Shown here in pieces: positions 51,175-64,000 of a stretch of 64,000 nucleotides of DNA. The first letter of the stretch is position 1. The number at the start of each line of letters is the position of its first letter. The position numbers and the translations under genes were made by a program. Origin of the DNA: Macrostomum lignano (taxonomy: Eukaryota); assembly GCA_002269645.1 (NCBI GenBank), contig NIVC01000571.1, positions 62,001 to 126,000 of the forward strand, read 5' to 3'. The notes beneath the pieces are model-generated. The model worked only from the letters and a program-made list of their open reading frames with translations, had not been told where the DNA came from and did no database searches.

Positions 51175-51188
51175 GTTACCATAGCAAC
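51175..51188. promoter_or_regulatory. X-box (RFX binding site)
   Basis: GTTACCATAGCAAC matches the GTHNYYATRRNAAC consensus, 40 bp upstream of the ATG at 51229. Confidence 0.7.
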
Positions 51189-51228
51189 GCACCGGGACGG
51201 CAGTTCAGGCTCTGAAGCGGGACAAAAA

Positions 51229-51766
51229 ATGCCAGATAGTCCTCGGCAGGAGGGCGACGATGATAGCAAGCAGGTGAGACTCAGTGCTGCTGCTCAATGT
51301 CCTATCAGGACACGCACTGCAGATTTGCATGCAATTTCTACTCGTGTCACAGCAGGGCCGTGGAGAAAGTGCGCGCCAACCGGGCGGAGCGCAAGGCAAA
51401 GAGCAGAGGAGGTCCAGGCCGCGGTCTCCCTACAGACAGCAGGGGCCCACGGGCAGCTGGGTGGATCCCTACACCAAGCGGCACAGGTCGTCCCTAGCCT
51501 TCAAACGGATGTCTCAGGAGGAGATTGACGCCATCGTGCAACGGCTGCGCCAGCCGACGGTGTCCAGCACCGGGGCCAAGGAGCAGCGGGACAAGGAGGA
51601 GAAGGACAAGCAGGAGCGCAGGAAGTCGGCGGGCCAGCGGACGGACGAGGAGAGGGCAAACATCGCGCAGCGGCTGTTCAGCGCCAACACTCGAGCTTGG
51701 AAAGCCAGAGGGGAGAAAAATCCCAATACAATAGTGCACTACAGCACAGACTTCACCATCATCTGA
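51229..51766 (+). CDS. Small uncharacterised charged protein (about 152 aa), candidate ciliary protein
   Basis: Exon 51229-51273 (CAG|gtgaga) joins 51353-51766 (NAGNAG acceptor, both in frame). Codon usage is like the neighbouring genes. It has two similar helices, SQEEIDAIVQRLRQPT and TDEERANIAQRLFSAN. Confidence 0.7.
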
Positions 51767-54700
51767 CTGAATTGTCAATGACAGACTATAGAAGTCCCCG
51801 TATTATCATGTCATGCCAATCCAAAAAGACTTGATGTGCTCACAAGAAACAAGCATGTGTAAGCTGCCCATTGTGAATGTAGTAAATAAAGAAGTTGACA
51901 AACTGCTCAAATTTTTTGAGCACTGAATATAATTTCTGACCTTGATTATAATCTAATTAAACAGGATGCAATGAGACAAAGAAAAAGCTAAAGATTATCT
52001 GATAATCTAATCTAAATCTAACTCCTGGAAGACAAGACATTATTTACTAAATCTATTGTTTTGCTTCTCATATTCAATGCTACGAGTAAAAGGACAATAC
52101 ATAAAGTCTGATATTTTAGACAATAGACAAAATTTATTGGTTGGATAAAGGTTGGATCAAAACTGTTATAAATAAAACATATTTATAACAGTTTTGACTG
52201 TCTTCAGATTTATTATAAATAGACCTACCTACTAACAGACCATTTTAGTCTCATATGGACTATAATATAACTAATTAGATTTAATAACATCATAATAAAA
52301 TATTAGAGCAGCTGGTCTAACAGGTAGAAAATGGTTATTTGTAGACTTAAAACACAGTCTCGTGCAATATTTATAGTCATCAATAGTCTATGGTTTGAGT
52401 AGACCAACACATGATGCCATAGACTAGTGAACATTAATGAAAACTGTCTATGGGCCAAATCAATTTATTTCTCAAGAAGGCAGCAATTAAAATTGCATAC
52501 TCCCAAAAATTGGCAAAATAGATAAAATCAAGTATATCAATCATTTAATTATTTATATTGGAAGACAAGACTGGCAAAGAACTCAACAAGTGCTTATAAG
52601 CAAAGTATAAGCCCAATGTGCTATCAGCTGAAAGTTCTAAACTACTTAACTACCAAGAATAGGATAAGTTATGACCTATACTTAGGCTAAAGCCTATATC
52701 TAGCTAAGACACAATGACTCAATATGAGTTCACATCCTTAGTTGTCATAGTATGAAGTTATTATGACTGTCATTAGTGACTAGTATGTATTAAGCTCTTG
52801 ACTTGCTTATATTCCACTATCAATATCTAGAAGTAGCATCAAGACAAGCCACCCATAGAATGCTACTGCTATATAACAATATAATCCTTAATCTTAAAGG
52901 TTTGGGGTGTGGGTTGAATGAAAAAATAAGTGAATTTAGGCCTACTTACTATATTTAATTTAGACATGTCAGACTACTTGATAGTAGTCCTTAAATTTTT
53001 ATCAATAAACAGATAAACTTAAAGTAAATTATAATTTATATTATATGCAAGGAATTTAGCTTAATTCTTTGCCCTGAAGATGTCCGCTTTGGACAAAATG
53101 CCTCAGCAGTTTAAATAGATTAAATGTTTGTTTTGACGTTTGCTCTTTTGCTAATTTTAAAGCTATACTTAGGCTACCACAATTACCACAATTTAGCTTT
53201 AATTAATATCATATAGTCCATTTTCATTTTTACCATACTATGTAATTACAGACTAGCTGTCATGTCAATGAAATGCTATGTATAAAGATATATAAGCAAC
53301 TATTCAATTAGTAATAAGGTCACAGTATATAGCTTCTTAAAACATAAAGCTTCTACAACACTCTAGCTTGAATGTTTACCCTCAAAAATAAAGGTAAATA
53401 AAATACTAATTAATATATATTTCATATGACAAATTTTGATTTTGTTTGCCTATATACTTAACTTATTTAATTAGTTGGTTTAGCCTATCTATATATTTTT
53501 ATGCAGCTTACAATTAGAATTTCTTATACAATGGTATTAACTATACTAGAAATGTATATACTTTAGCCAAGGTCTATTTTACTTGCAAATATTAATATAT
53601 TAATATTAATACTTAAAGCCCATTTATCCACTAAGCATATTTTAATTGTGGTTGTCAATGTTCCTTATTGGATCAAGTGAGCATAATAAGTAGTTTACTT
53701 ATTTTACTATACTTTTTGATTTAACTAAAAGTGCTGACCTAACAAGAATCTGTTTAACTTAGATAAAATCTAAGTAGATATCAAGTCTTATATTTCATTC
53801 ATATTTCAAAGCAGTCTAAACAAGTCAATTGATAAGGTGTTCTACTTAACCATTAAGGACAGTTAATAAGAGTCCTTCAATTGAGTTGAAAAAATCTGAT
53901 CATGGTCCAACTTTATTGAGCAGTTGGACAACTTAGTTTTTTCACTAGTGATAGGTGGCTAGTTCAGTGAAGTGAATCTGCTATACAATTTTTGTTAAAG
54001 ATTAGACTGTCATATTTAGCTAGCCAAAGGCTTATTATACCCTTTTTCCATTTTCTATCTTGTTTTATATTTTTAGCACTGTGTAACATTGTTTAAGATA
54101 TACTTCTTATTTCCTATATACTTCCAATATACTTCCTACATTTAGAGATTATATAGAAAAAATTTTTAAAAAGGAATCTATTTTGCTTATGCACTTGCTG
54201 TTTTGCATTTCTTACACAAAAGAAGAGGCTATTTTACATATACATTTACTTTTTTGCATTTTTTAGTTCTATACTTATGAACCCTCTACTAATGCTCAAA
54301 TATTTTAAAGAATTTCTAGTACATTTATAAAAGCTTTTTTGGTCTTTTTTGTTCACTTTTTTATTTTTTATTAGTTTGTACCACTGTTGGATAGACAATT
54401 AAAGCTACTTAATAAAATTAATTATACTTCTATAATTCATAGATTATACAAAATAGATTATCAATATTCTGATTTGTCATGTTTATAGACTTATTTTCTA
54501 TTCACTCAATTTTTAAAGGATATGGGCTTTTTGTGAGAGGTTTTAAAGGATATAAAGTTGACCAAAGTATGGGTTCTATATATGGTCTCTAAGATCTAGT
54601 AAAATTTTTAAAAACAAGTCAGTAGCAATGAAACTACCAGCATTCACAAAATTTTGTGCATAAGATTTTAGCTACTCTATTACTTCCTAAACATAGACTT

Positions 54701-57700
54701 GAATACCAGATGCACTAAAACATAAAGTCTCTCCATTATACATGATTTTTCTTGCACCTACACCTATTTGAAAACTAAAGTAATGATTTACTTAGCAAGG
54801 GACAAAAATCTGAACAAGCTGATAAAAAACCAGCTAGTGCTATAGCTTTAGGTCTTGATTAGATTCAATTATTTGCTATATAAGAATTTTTAGCTAGTGT
54901 TTGCTTTTCATAAAAAATAATATTTGCAACCTAAAAAACACTTTTGGATACAATTTTTATCACTATATATAATCATGTTCCAAAGCATTATGCTTTGATT
55001 CATAGAGCCAAGATTGATAAGCAACCATTAATGCAAGCAAAAAATACCAAATTGTCTCAATTATGAACAATAACATAGATAAAAATATTTGCAGAATCAT
55101 CAAATATATTCTACAAAATAATAGGCCTAGTAGTATATATCCAGTGCTACCTAGCAAGACTCTATTTGAACAGATGTTGAAAGTCATGGCTTGCTCTGCT
55201 TCTGCTTTGCAGTTAAGAAATACAACATTTAGACACTATTAGAACCTGTCTTCAATATGTAGAAAAGCAAGCTTGCAAGCTTAAAGGCTTCTTTGAAAAT
55301 TTCTAGCTAAGCAAAAGAGCTTATAAATCTTTTATTGAAATATTATTGCATTGTAGATATTCAAGGCTTATGTTGAAAACCACACCTTGCTTACCTTTTG
55401 CTCTTTAGTCAAACATGCAAAAACAAAAGTTTGCAAACTTAAGAACTTTCATAAAAAGTTATTTTTTTTTTAACTTTGTATAGAATTTATAGAATTTGAG
55501 GAAATGAATTTTTCTTAATGCAAGTTTATATCATGCATTCCATATTATACCATATTAAATTTCATATAAAAGTATATCATTTTTGTAAATATTTATACTA
55601 ATGCTTTAATTTTTCTCCATTTTATCTATAAATTAAGTTTTAATAAGAAAAATTCATCATCACTATAAAAATTTTTGGTTCTTTAAATACATATTGAAAA
55701 TTGACTTGTGTTTTTTTTCTATGACATTTATGCCAAAGAATTTTAATTGAAATCAATATTATTCTTAAAATAGGTCCATAAATAACAATAGTCTTAAAAA
55801 ACTGCCATTTTCTTTTAACTTGTCTTTAATATATTGGTTTTTATCAATTTTCAATATGATTTAATAGACAAGAATATAAATATACAAGGGTCTTATCAAG
55901 TGGGCAGTTGTGATACCTAAAGTAAAAAAGGCATAGACCCTATTTGACTTTATCTTATATAGATGACTTCTGACCAAGTTTAAGGTTTAATTTTTTAAAC
56001 AACTCATTGAGATGCTGATTATCTATATATGCCGAATACCCAGTCAACCTAGCTAATTTTGCCAGGTAGCAAGAGGTCTAGCCAAGTTAAGTTGCAAAAT
56101 GCTGGCCCAAAAAAATTATATGAAAAAGAGGGAAAAAAAGCAAAAAAGAAAAGAAAAACAAAGGTAAAGAAAGAGAAAAAAGGGAAACAGGCAAAAACAG
56201 AGACTATATAAGTCTGAGTATTACTCTGAGTAATTGTCTAAATAGGCCTATATGTCTAAGTATTTGTCTAAGAATTATTCTTAGTACAAGTCTAAGTATT
56301 TATCTGAGTATAGGTTACTGTTTATTTTGGTAGCATTTCTACTTTATACTAATCATGTTCTTACGAGTGCTATGATTCTTATAACATTATATATAAATCT
56401 GGCCAGAGCAGTATGTACTAGGCTTAGTATATGTACTGCATATATTTTTAGCCTTGGGCATTTCCAAGATCAGAGGGTCATAGCTATTTCATATTCTTCT
56501 CTGTTGGTTCTCTACTTTTTAATAGTATATATACATACCCTTGATTTTTCAAGGGTATGTATATATACTATGAGTATATATAGATGAGTTGAGTATGAAC
56601 ATCTGTTCATACTGAGAAGGGCCATAGCCCAGTAGTAGCATAGCTGCTCTAGTATGCTAGCAACCTAAGCTTGATTCCAAGTGCAGTCACATTAATTTGG
56701 GGCTGAATTGGAATTTCAGCTTGGCTCTGTTTGTGCAATCAATGGCCTTGAGAGCCAACCCCCCAAGGCGCAATGAAGTATACATGCCTAACGATAATAT
56801 AAAGTTAAGGCCGCTGTATATTCCTATGTAAGTGTGCCTGCGTACATATCCATGCACTTGTATGCCTACTCAGGGGAGTTGGTGGAATAGGCAGTAATGC
56901 CTCTCACATCTCGCCGGTTGTGTGCCTATGTTGCTTAAAGTGCGCCAGGGTGCATACAATCCCCTTGCCCTTAATAAAAAAATACAATATACTATCCTTT
57001 CACTTTACTTTGTTGTAAATCACTAACTTAGAAAAACAATCTTCAATTATATTTACTTGGAACTCTTCTTATCAATCACTTATTAACCTTCTTATATTTG
57101 CTTGAACCATTGGAGGCAAGTTGGTCCTTTTCATCCAAAACTCACTCTTATTTATCCTATATTTTGATAGATTTAAACAAAAATTAATTTGTGAAAATAT
57201 AATGAAAATATATACAGTATAGCAAGAAGTTTTTTTAGATGTATGCAGATTTAAAATGCATTAATTTTTTTAATTTTTGTGTAAAATAAAGAGGCCTGTC
57301 TCAGTTATATACATTAGCTAGCTATGTACATTTAAATGTCAGTTTTAACATTGGTAAAAAACCAATTCGCCAAAGTTATGTATATTACATTATCATATAG
57401 CAATATACAATATAATCCATAGGCCTAATAGGCCTAATAGACCCCTAGGCCTATGCTGTATGGCCTAACTAGTAACTACCTGGTTGGTAATTAGAAAGTG
57501 ATAGCCATCTCTTGTATCCACTTTTAAAAAAGATTCCACCACCTTTTTACAGTTTACTGGAGAGACAGAGTGGCCAAAAAGTTTTAAAAAGATATATTTT
57601 ACTTTTAACAAACTTAGGCCTAATTGTTTTATTTTTAATATTCCAATAGCCTATTGCTATTTGCTAGCTCTCATATTACTATTGCTAAACAAAAGCAAAC

Positions 57701-59769
57701 TAAAACTACGAGTAAAGGCATAGGCCTGTCTACCCATGGCCATTAGCTGGCATAATGGGAAAGAGCTTTATAAAAGCATGTTTTGACTTTGACTCGTCTC
57801 ATACCATAGACGACATAGCACTGGCATAGTCCATAACCAGATTATGTCTAGTTTTTGAAACTTTATAAACTCCGATATACGAGCTAGCTCGTGTAATATG
57901 CAACCACTATTTCTCTTTGGAGCTTGTATATGAAAGTTAGCCAGGGGTTGTCATGTAATAATTAATAAATATACTTCATCGTAGGCCAACAATGACGCGA
58001 CGGACGTCGAGTCGGTCGAAATCGGAACCTTCGAGTTCGAGGAAATTAAATGTTCAACGGGTCGTTCTCAAAGTTTAGTCGTAAGCAGTGAAACAAATAT
58101 TTTTGAAAATCAGCCTGAAATATTGAATCTTTTCTTATTTTAGCTCTAAAAGGACTTAAAAAATATATGCCTCTCATGGATCTTAATCTTTTTTAACATT
58201 GAACTTTTGATGTTAATCTCATCAGAGTGCGCTATTTCATTTTTCGATATATATTTTTATTATCGCACGAGTTATAATACCCACTTTAGAGAAGCTACAT
58301 TCTGTTCACGTGGTCTTATTAAAGAAGAAAATTGATAAATGTTATTTATAACTTTGGTTAGCACAACCTAGAACCCATTTAACTCTTTCGATTGCAAAGC
58401 AGATGTTGCTATTTCGATTTTTGCTAGAAACGTAACATTATGAATGATAAAAAAATCCACTTTTAATTAATTTGTTCTGTTGATAGAATACGCTAATAGC
58501 TGCGTTTTCTGCTGTTTTTTAAGAAAGATAGTCATATCTAACACTAAAGTATCAATTAAGGCAGTTTCATTCTATATTAAGAAAGAAAAGTTAAATAAAT
58601 TCAATTTTAAGTTTTTTTCAATAGCACAAAATTAACCTAACAAAGAGAGATTTCGCTGACTACAACAAAGCAAGTAGCACCAAAGTTATTTTAATTTAAA
58701 GTCCTCATCTGTGGGATGAGAAAAAGTACCACTTTTTTGTCTCTAGTTATGAAAAAAAATTTTCTCAGCACATTGTTAGGTTTTTTGGATGTTTTTTTAT
58801 GTACGCTCGTAATTTAGATGAATTTTTGCTATTGATCACCCAATATGTTAGTCAGAACAAACAGAATTTGATTTATGTAGATAAAATTGACTTTTTTTCT
58901 CTTAAAAACAGTCGTTTTTTGTTGTTTTCACACAATTTTTTCAACTGATTTAAAATTTGTATTGTAAGTTACAAGTAAACATAATGAGTCAAAACAAGAG
59001 TAGAAGAAAGTAGTAGAAAGTAGTAGTAGAAGAAAGAGAGTAGTAGAAACTGAAAAGAAAATAAGAGTAACGAATAATAAAAAAGTTGCATGATTTGATT
59101 AGTCAAGAAATAGTATTAAAACAATTTTGTATCTGATTTATTATCAATGAAATCCTATATACTAAAAATGAGTTGTCTGTGGGTAGGTAGGTAGGTAGGT
59201 ATGCGATAGATTTCAGAAAAAATGGCTCAACCGATTTTCTTCAAACTTGCACCATTCGATCAGAAATTTTCCTGGGACGGTACATGCATCTTGGCTAAGA
59301 AATTGCTCAATTTTAAAGGGATTAAATATTCGAAAAACATGCTTTTTTGCAAAGGTCAAGCAGCTCTTTCGACCTGAAATGCATTGTAAGAATGCTAGAG
59401 AAAAAACTGACTGACTGAATTCCGATTGTGATAAAGATTGCATCACAACAAGTTGAAAACAGTACCGAAGAAATGCACACACGACTTGATTTAAATTGCG
59501 TAACCATATTGCTAACTTAAATTGAGACTGATACTGGCTGACTGAGAAATTGATTATGTCATAACTTTTTACTCCAATTGACTTGCTGTAAGAATTGAAT
59601 TATAAGGGCCACAATTCATGTTCTCCAATTGAAAAGAGATAGCCCTGATGCGAACAGACTGGAATGCTAATGTAGCGACCTGGGTTCGAATCATAGTAGT
59701 GCAAAAAGATTTTTTTATTAAAACACCTTAAAAACACAACAAAACTGCTAAACATCAAAGAAGCGCAAT

Positions 59770-61320
59770 GTCAAACATAGAAGAGCCAACATATCGAACA
59801 TAAAAGAGTTACCATGTCAAACATAAAAGAGCTACCATGTCGAACATTAAAGAGCTACCACGTCGAACATTAAAGAGCCACCATGTCGAACATAAAAGAG
59901 CCACCATGTCAAACATAAAACAGCCACCATTTCGAACATTAAAGAGCCACCATTTCGAACATTAAAGAGCCACCATTTTGAACATTAAAGAGCCACTATG
60001 TCAAACAATTAAGAGCCACCATGTCAAACATAAAAGAGCCAACATGTCAGACATTCAAAAGCCACCGTATCAAACATAAAAGAGTTACCATGTAGAACAA
60101 AAAAGATCCACCATGTCGAACATAAAAGAGCCACCATGTCAAACATAAAGAGCCACCATGTCAAACATTTAGGAGCCACCATGTCAAACATATATGTGAC
60201 TTTATGTCAAATATTAAAGAGCCACCATGTGAAACATTAAAGAGCCACCATGTCAAACATTTAAGAGTCACCATGTCAAACCTAAAAGAGCCACCATGTC
60301 GAACATAAAAGAGCCACAATGTCAAACATTAAAGAGCCACCATTTAAAACCTAAAGGAGCCACCATGTCGAACATTAAAGAGCCACCATGTCGAACATAA
60401 AAGAGCAGCCATATCAAACATAAAAGAGTTACCATGTCAAACATTAAAGAGCCACCATGTCAAACATAAAGCAGCCACCATTTCGAAAATTAAGGAGCCA
60501 CCATTTCGAAAATTAAGGAGCCACCATGTCGAACATTAAAGAGCCACCATGTCAAACATTTAGGAGCCACCATGTCAAACATATATGTGACTTTATGTCA
60601 AATATTAAAGAGCCACCATGTGAAACATTAAAGAGCCACCATGTCAAACATAAAAGAGCCACCATTTCGAAAATTAAGGAGCCACCATTTCGAAAATTAA
60701 AGAGCCACCATGTTAAACATTAAAGGGCCACCTTGTCAAATATTAAAGAGCCACCATGTCAAACATAAAACAGCCACCATTTCGAAAATTAAAGAGCCAC
60801 CATGTCGAACAATAAAGAGCCACCATGTCAAACATAAAACAGACACCATTAAGAACATTAAAGAGCCACCATGTCGAACATTAAGGAGCCACCATGTCAA
60901 ACATAAAACAGCCACCATTTCGAAAATTAAGGAGCCACCATTTCGAAATTTAAAGAGCCACCATGTTAAACATTAAAGGGCCACCTTGTCAAATATTAAA
61001 GAGCCACCATTTCAAACCCAAAAGAGCGACCATGTCGAACATACAAGAGCCACCATGTCGAACATAAAAGAGCAGCCATGTAGAACATAAAAGAGCCACC
61101 ATGTCGAACATAAAAGAGCCACCATGTCAAACATAAAAAAGCCAGCATGTCAAACATAAAAGAGCCAACATGAAGAACATTAAAGAGCCACCATGTCGAC
61201 CATTAAAAGAGCCACCATGTCGAACATACAAGAGCCACCATGTCAAACATAAAAAAGCCACCATGTCGAACAATAAAGAGCCACCATGTCAAACATAAAA
61301 GAGCCACCATGTCAAACATT
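59770..61320. repeat. 21-22-bp satellite inside Helitron-like copy 1
   Basis: Unit aaagagccaccatgtcaaacat(t/a). Confidence 0.93.
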
Positions 61321-61419
61321 CAAGATATACAATTTCAAATGTAAAGGTATAAAGCGCCATGCCAATTTAAAGGAGCCACTATAAAGCTAAGGAAATTGTC
61401 GCTCTAGCTACTTTTTGTC

Positions 61420-62045
61420 TGGTGGATGGTTGCTATTTGGGGGATGCTTGCTTTCTGGGGGATGCTTGCTATCTGGGCGATGCTTGCAATTTGGGGGATG
61501 CTTGCTATCTGAGGGATGCTTGCTATCTGGTGGATGCTTGCTATCTGAGGGATGCTTGCTATCTGAGTGATGCTTGCTATCTGGGGGATGCTTGCTATTT
61601 GGAGGATGCTTGCTTTCTGGGGATGCTTGCTATCTGGGCGATGCTTGCAATTTGGGGGATGCTTGCTATCTGAGGGATGCTTGCTATCTGGTGGATGCTT
61701 GCTATCTGAGGGATGCTTGCTATCTGAGTGATGCTTGCTATCTGGGGGATGCTTGCTATCTGAGGGATGCTTGCTATCTGAGGGATGCTTGCTATTTGGG
61801 GTATGCTTGCTATCTGAGGGATGCTTGCTATCTGGGGAATGCTTGCTATCTGGGGAATGTTTGCTATCTGGGGAATGCTTGCTATCTGGGGGATGCTTGC
61901 TATCTGGGGGATGTTTGCTATCTGGGGGATGCTTGCTATCTGGGGGATGCTTGCTATCTGGGGGATGCTTGCTATCTGGGGGATGCTTGCTATTTGAGGG
62001 ATGCTTGCTATCTGGGGAATGCTTGCTATCTGGGGGATGCTTGTG
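61420..62045. repeat. 18-bp satellite inside Helitron-like copy 1
   Basis: Unit tgcttgctatctggggga. Confidence 0.93.
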
Positions 62046-62191
62046 GTCTTGGGAAGATTTCTTATTGCAATTCACTTCATTTGAGCAGTTTGTCTGGCTC
62101 TTTGTGAAGGATTTTCTGGCTGTCTTTTTGTTACTTGTAGAGAACAGAGATTCTATCCAGATGTCCCCCATCGGGGGGCGAAGATTGCTAG

Positions 62192-64000
62192 TCCTATATA
62201 CTAACAATGAAATGTGTGTCTCTGTGAGATAGATTTCAGAAAAAACGGCTTAACCGATTTTGTTCAAACTTGCACCATTCGATCAGAAATTTTCCTGGGA
62301 CGGTACATGCATCTTGGCTAAGAAATTGCTCAATTTTAAAGGGATTAAATATTCGAAAAACATGCTTTTTTGCAAAGGTCAAGCAGCTCTTTCGACCTGA
62401 AATGCATTGTAAGAATGCTAGAGAAAAAACTGACTGACTGAATTCTGATTCTGACAAAGATTGCATCACAACAAGTTGAAAACAGTGCCGAAGAAATGCA
62501 CACACGACTTGAATGAAATTGCGTAACCATATTGGCAACTTAAATTGAGACTGATTCTGGCTGACTGAGAAATTGATTATGTCATAACTTTTTACTCCAA
62601 TTGACTTGCTGTAAGAATTGAATTATAAGGGCCACAATTTATGTTCTCCAATTGAAAAAGATAGCCCAGATGCGAACAGACTGGAATGCTAATGTAGCGA
62701 CTTGGGTTCGAATCTTAGTAGGGCAAAAAAGATTTTTTTTATTAAAACACCTTAAAAACACAAAACTTCTAAACATAAAAGAAGCGCAATGTCAAACATA
62801 GAAGAGCCACCATGTCGAACATAAAAGAGCTAACATATCGAATATTAAAGAGCCACCATGTCAAACCTAAACGAGCCACCATGTCTAATATTTAAGAGGC
62901 ACCATATAAAACATATAAGTGACTTTATGTCAAACATAAAAGAGCCACCATTTCTAACATTAAACAGCCACCATTTCGAACATTAAAGAGCCACCATGTC
63001 GAAAATAAAAGAGTCACTATTTCGAACATCAAAGAGCCACTATGTCAAACATTTAGGAGCCACTTTTTCGAACATTAAAGAGCCACCATGTCAAACATAA
63101 AAGAGCCAACATGTCAAACATAAAAGAGCCAACATGTCAAACATAAAGAGCCACCATGTCAAACATTTAAGAGCCACCATGTCAAACATATATGTGACTT
63201 TGTGTTAAACATTAAAGAGCCACCATTTCGAACATTAAAGAGCCACCATGTCAAACATGAAAGAGCTATAACATGAAGAATATTAAAGAGCCACCATGTC
63301 GAACATAAAAGAGCTGCCATGTAAAATAACAAAGAGCTACCAAGTTAAACATAAAAGAGCCACCATGTAAAACATTAAAGAGCCACATTGTCAAACCTAG
63401 AAGAGCCACCATGTCGAACATAACAGAGCTACCATGTCAAACATTAAAGAGCCACCATGTCAAACATTCAAAAGTTACATTGTCAAACATTGAAGAGCCA
63501 CTATGTCAAACATTTAGGAGCCACTTTGTCGAACATTAAAGAGCCAACATGTCAGACATAAAGAGCCACCATGTCAAACATTTAAGAGCCACCATGTCAA
63601 ACATATATGTGACTTTATGTCAAACATTAAAGAGCCACCATTTCGGACATAACAGAGCTACCATGTAAAACATTAAAGAGCCACCATGTCAAACATTAAA
63701 GAGCCACCATGTCGAACATAAAAGAGCCACCATGTCAAACCTAAAAGAGCCACCATGTCGAAAATAAAAGAGCCACTATTTCGAACATTAAAGAGCCACC
63801 ATTTCGAACATTAAAGAGCCACCATGTCGACCATAAAAGAGCCACTATTTTGAACATTAAATATCCACCATGTCAAACATAAAAGAGCCAACATGTCAAA
63901 CATAAAAGAGCCAACATGTCAAACATAAAGAGCCACCATGTCGAAAATGAAAGAGCCACTATTTCGAACATTAAAGAGCCACCATTTCGAACATTAAAGA
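62192..64000 (+). mobile_element. Non-autonomous Helitron-like element, copy 2 (runs off the window end)
   Basis: Begins TCCTATATACTAA immediately after the CTAG of copy 1. About 62228-62790 repeats about 59208-59760 with scattered differences and is followed by the same 21-22-bp satellite. Confidence 0.78.
62790..64000. repeat. 21-22-bp satellite inside Helitron-like copy 2
   Basis: Same unit as 59770-61320. Confidence 0.93.

Larger units (their letters stand above)
59153..62191 (+). mobile_element. Non-autonomous Helitron-like element, copy 1 (3039 bp), carrying two internal satellites
   Basis: Starts A|TCCTATATACTAA. Ends with a GC hairpin gtcccccatcggggggc (62163-62179), then 8 nt, then CTAG|T. 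These are the canonical TC...hairpin-CTRR termini. No TSD and no Rep/helicase ORF. Confidence 0.8.

Noticed and set aside
54800-55450. Possible decayed transposase in the AT-rich domain
   Set aside because: Trial translations contained many stops and no motif I could recognise. A tBLASTn or HMM search would be needed.
56625-56690. Possible decayed tRNA-SINE head (gcttgattcc)
   Set aside because: It needs several assumed back-mutations, so it is too weak to call.
61404-62232. (DSKHPP)n and (DACYLG)n ORFs
   Set aside because: They are translations of the 18-bp satellite inside the Helitron-like element.

Overview
Eukaryotic (metazoan) genomic DNA with GC- and CpG-rich exons, GT-AG introns and more than 30 different tandem arrays. 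The overall style resembles the flatworm Macrostomum lignano, which is an inference with no database search. Seven spliced genes were reconstructed by hand. These are a Kv2/Shab potassium channel (+, 5' part lies upstream of the window), a secreted PAN/apple plus ALK/LTK-type glycine-rich protein (+), 6-phosphofructokinase (-), casein kinase I alpha (+), an orphan with a possible doublecortin-like C-terminal domain (+), an RNF19-type RBR E3 ligase (-), and a small X-box-preceded orphan (+). Mobile DNA includes a head-to-tail pair of non-autonomous Helitron-like elements carrying satellites, a fold-back/MITE, and an 83-bp retroposon 3' end inside a minisatellite. Two AT-rich domains are almost free of CpG. 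Three genes each need a one-base insertion to restore the reading frame, most likely long-read consensus errors. Most long ORFs in the supplied track are artefacts of minisatellites. No CRISPR array, rRNA or intact tRNA was found. Repeat boundaries and copy numbers were read by eye and are approximate.
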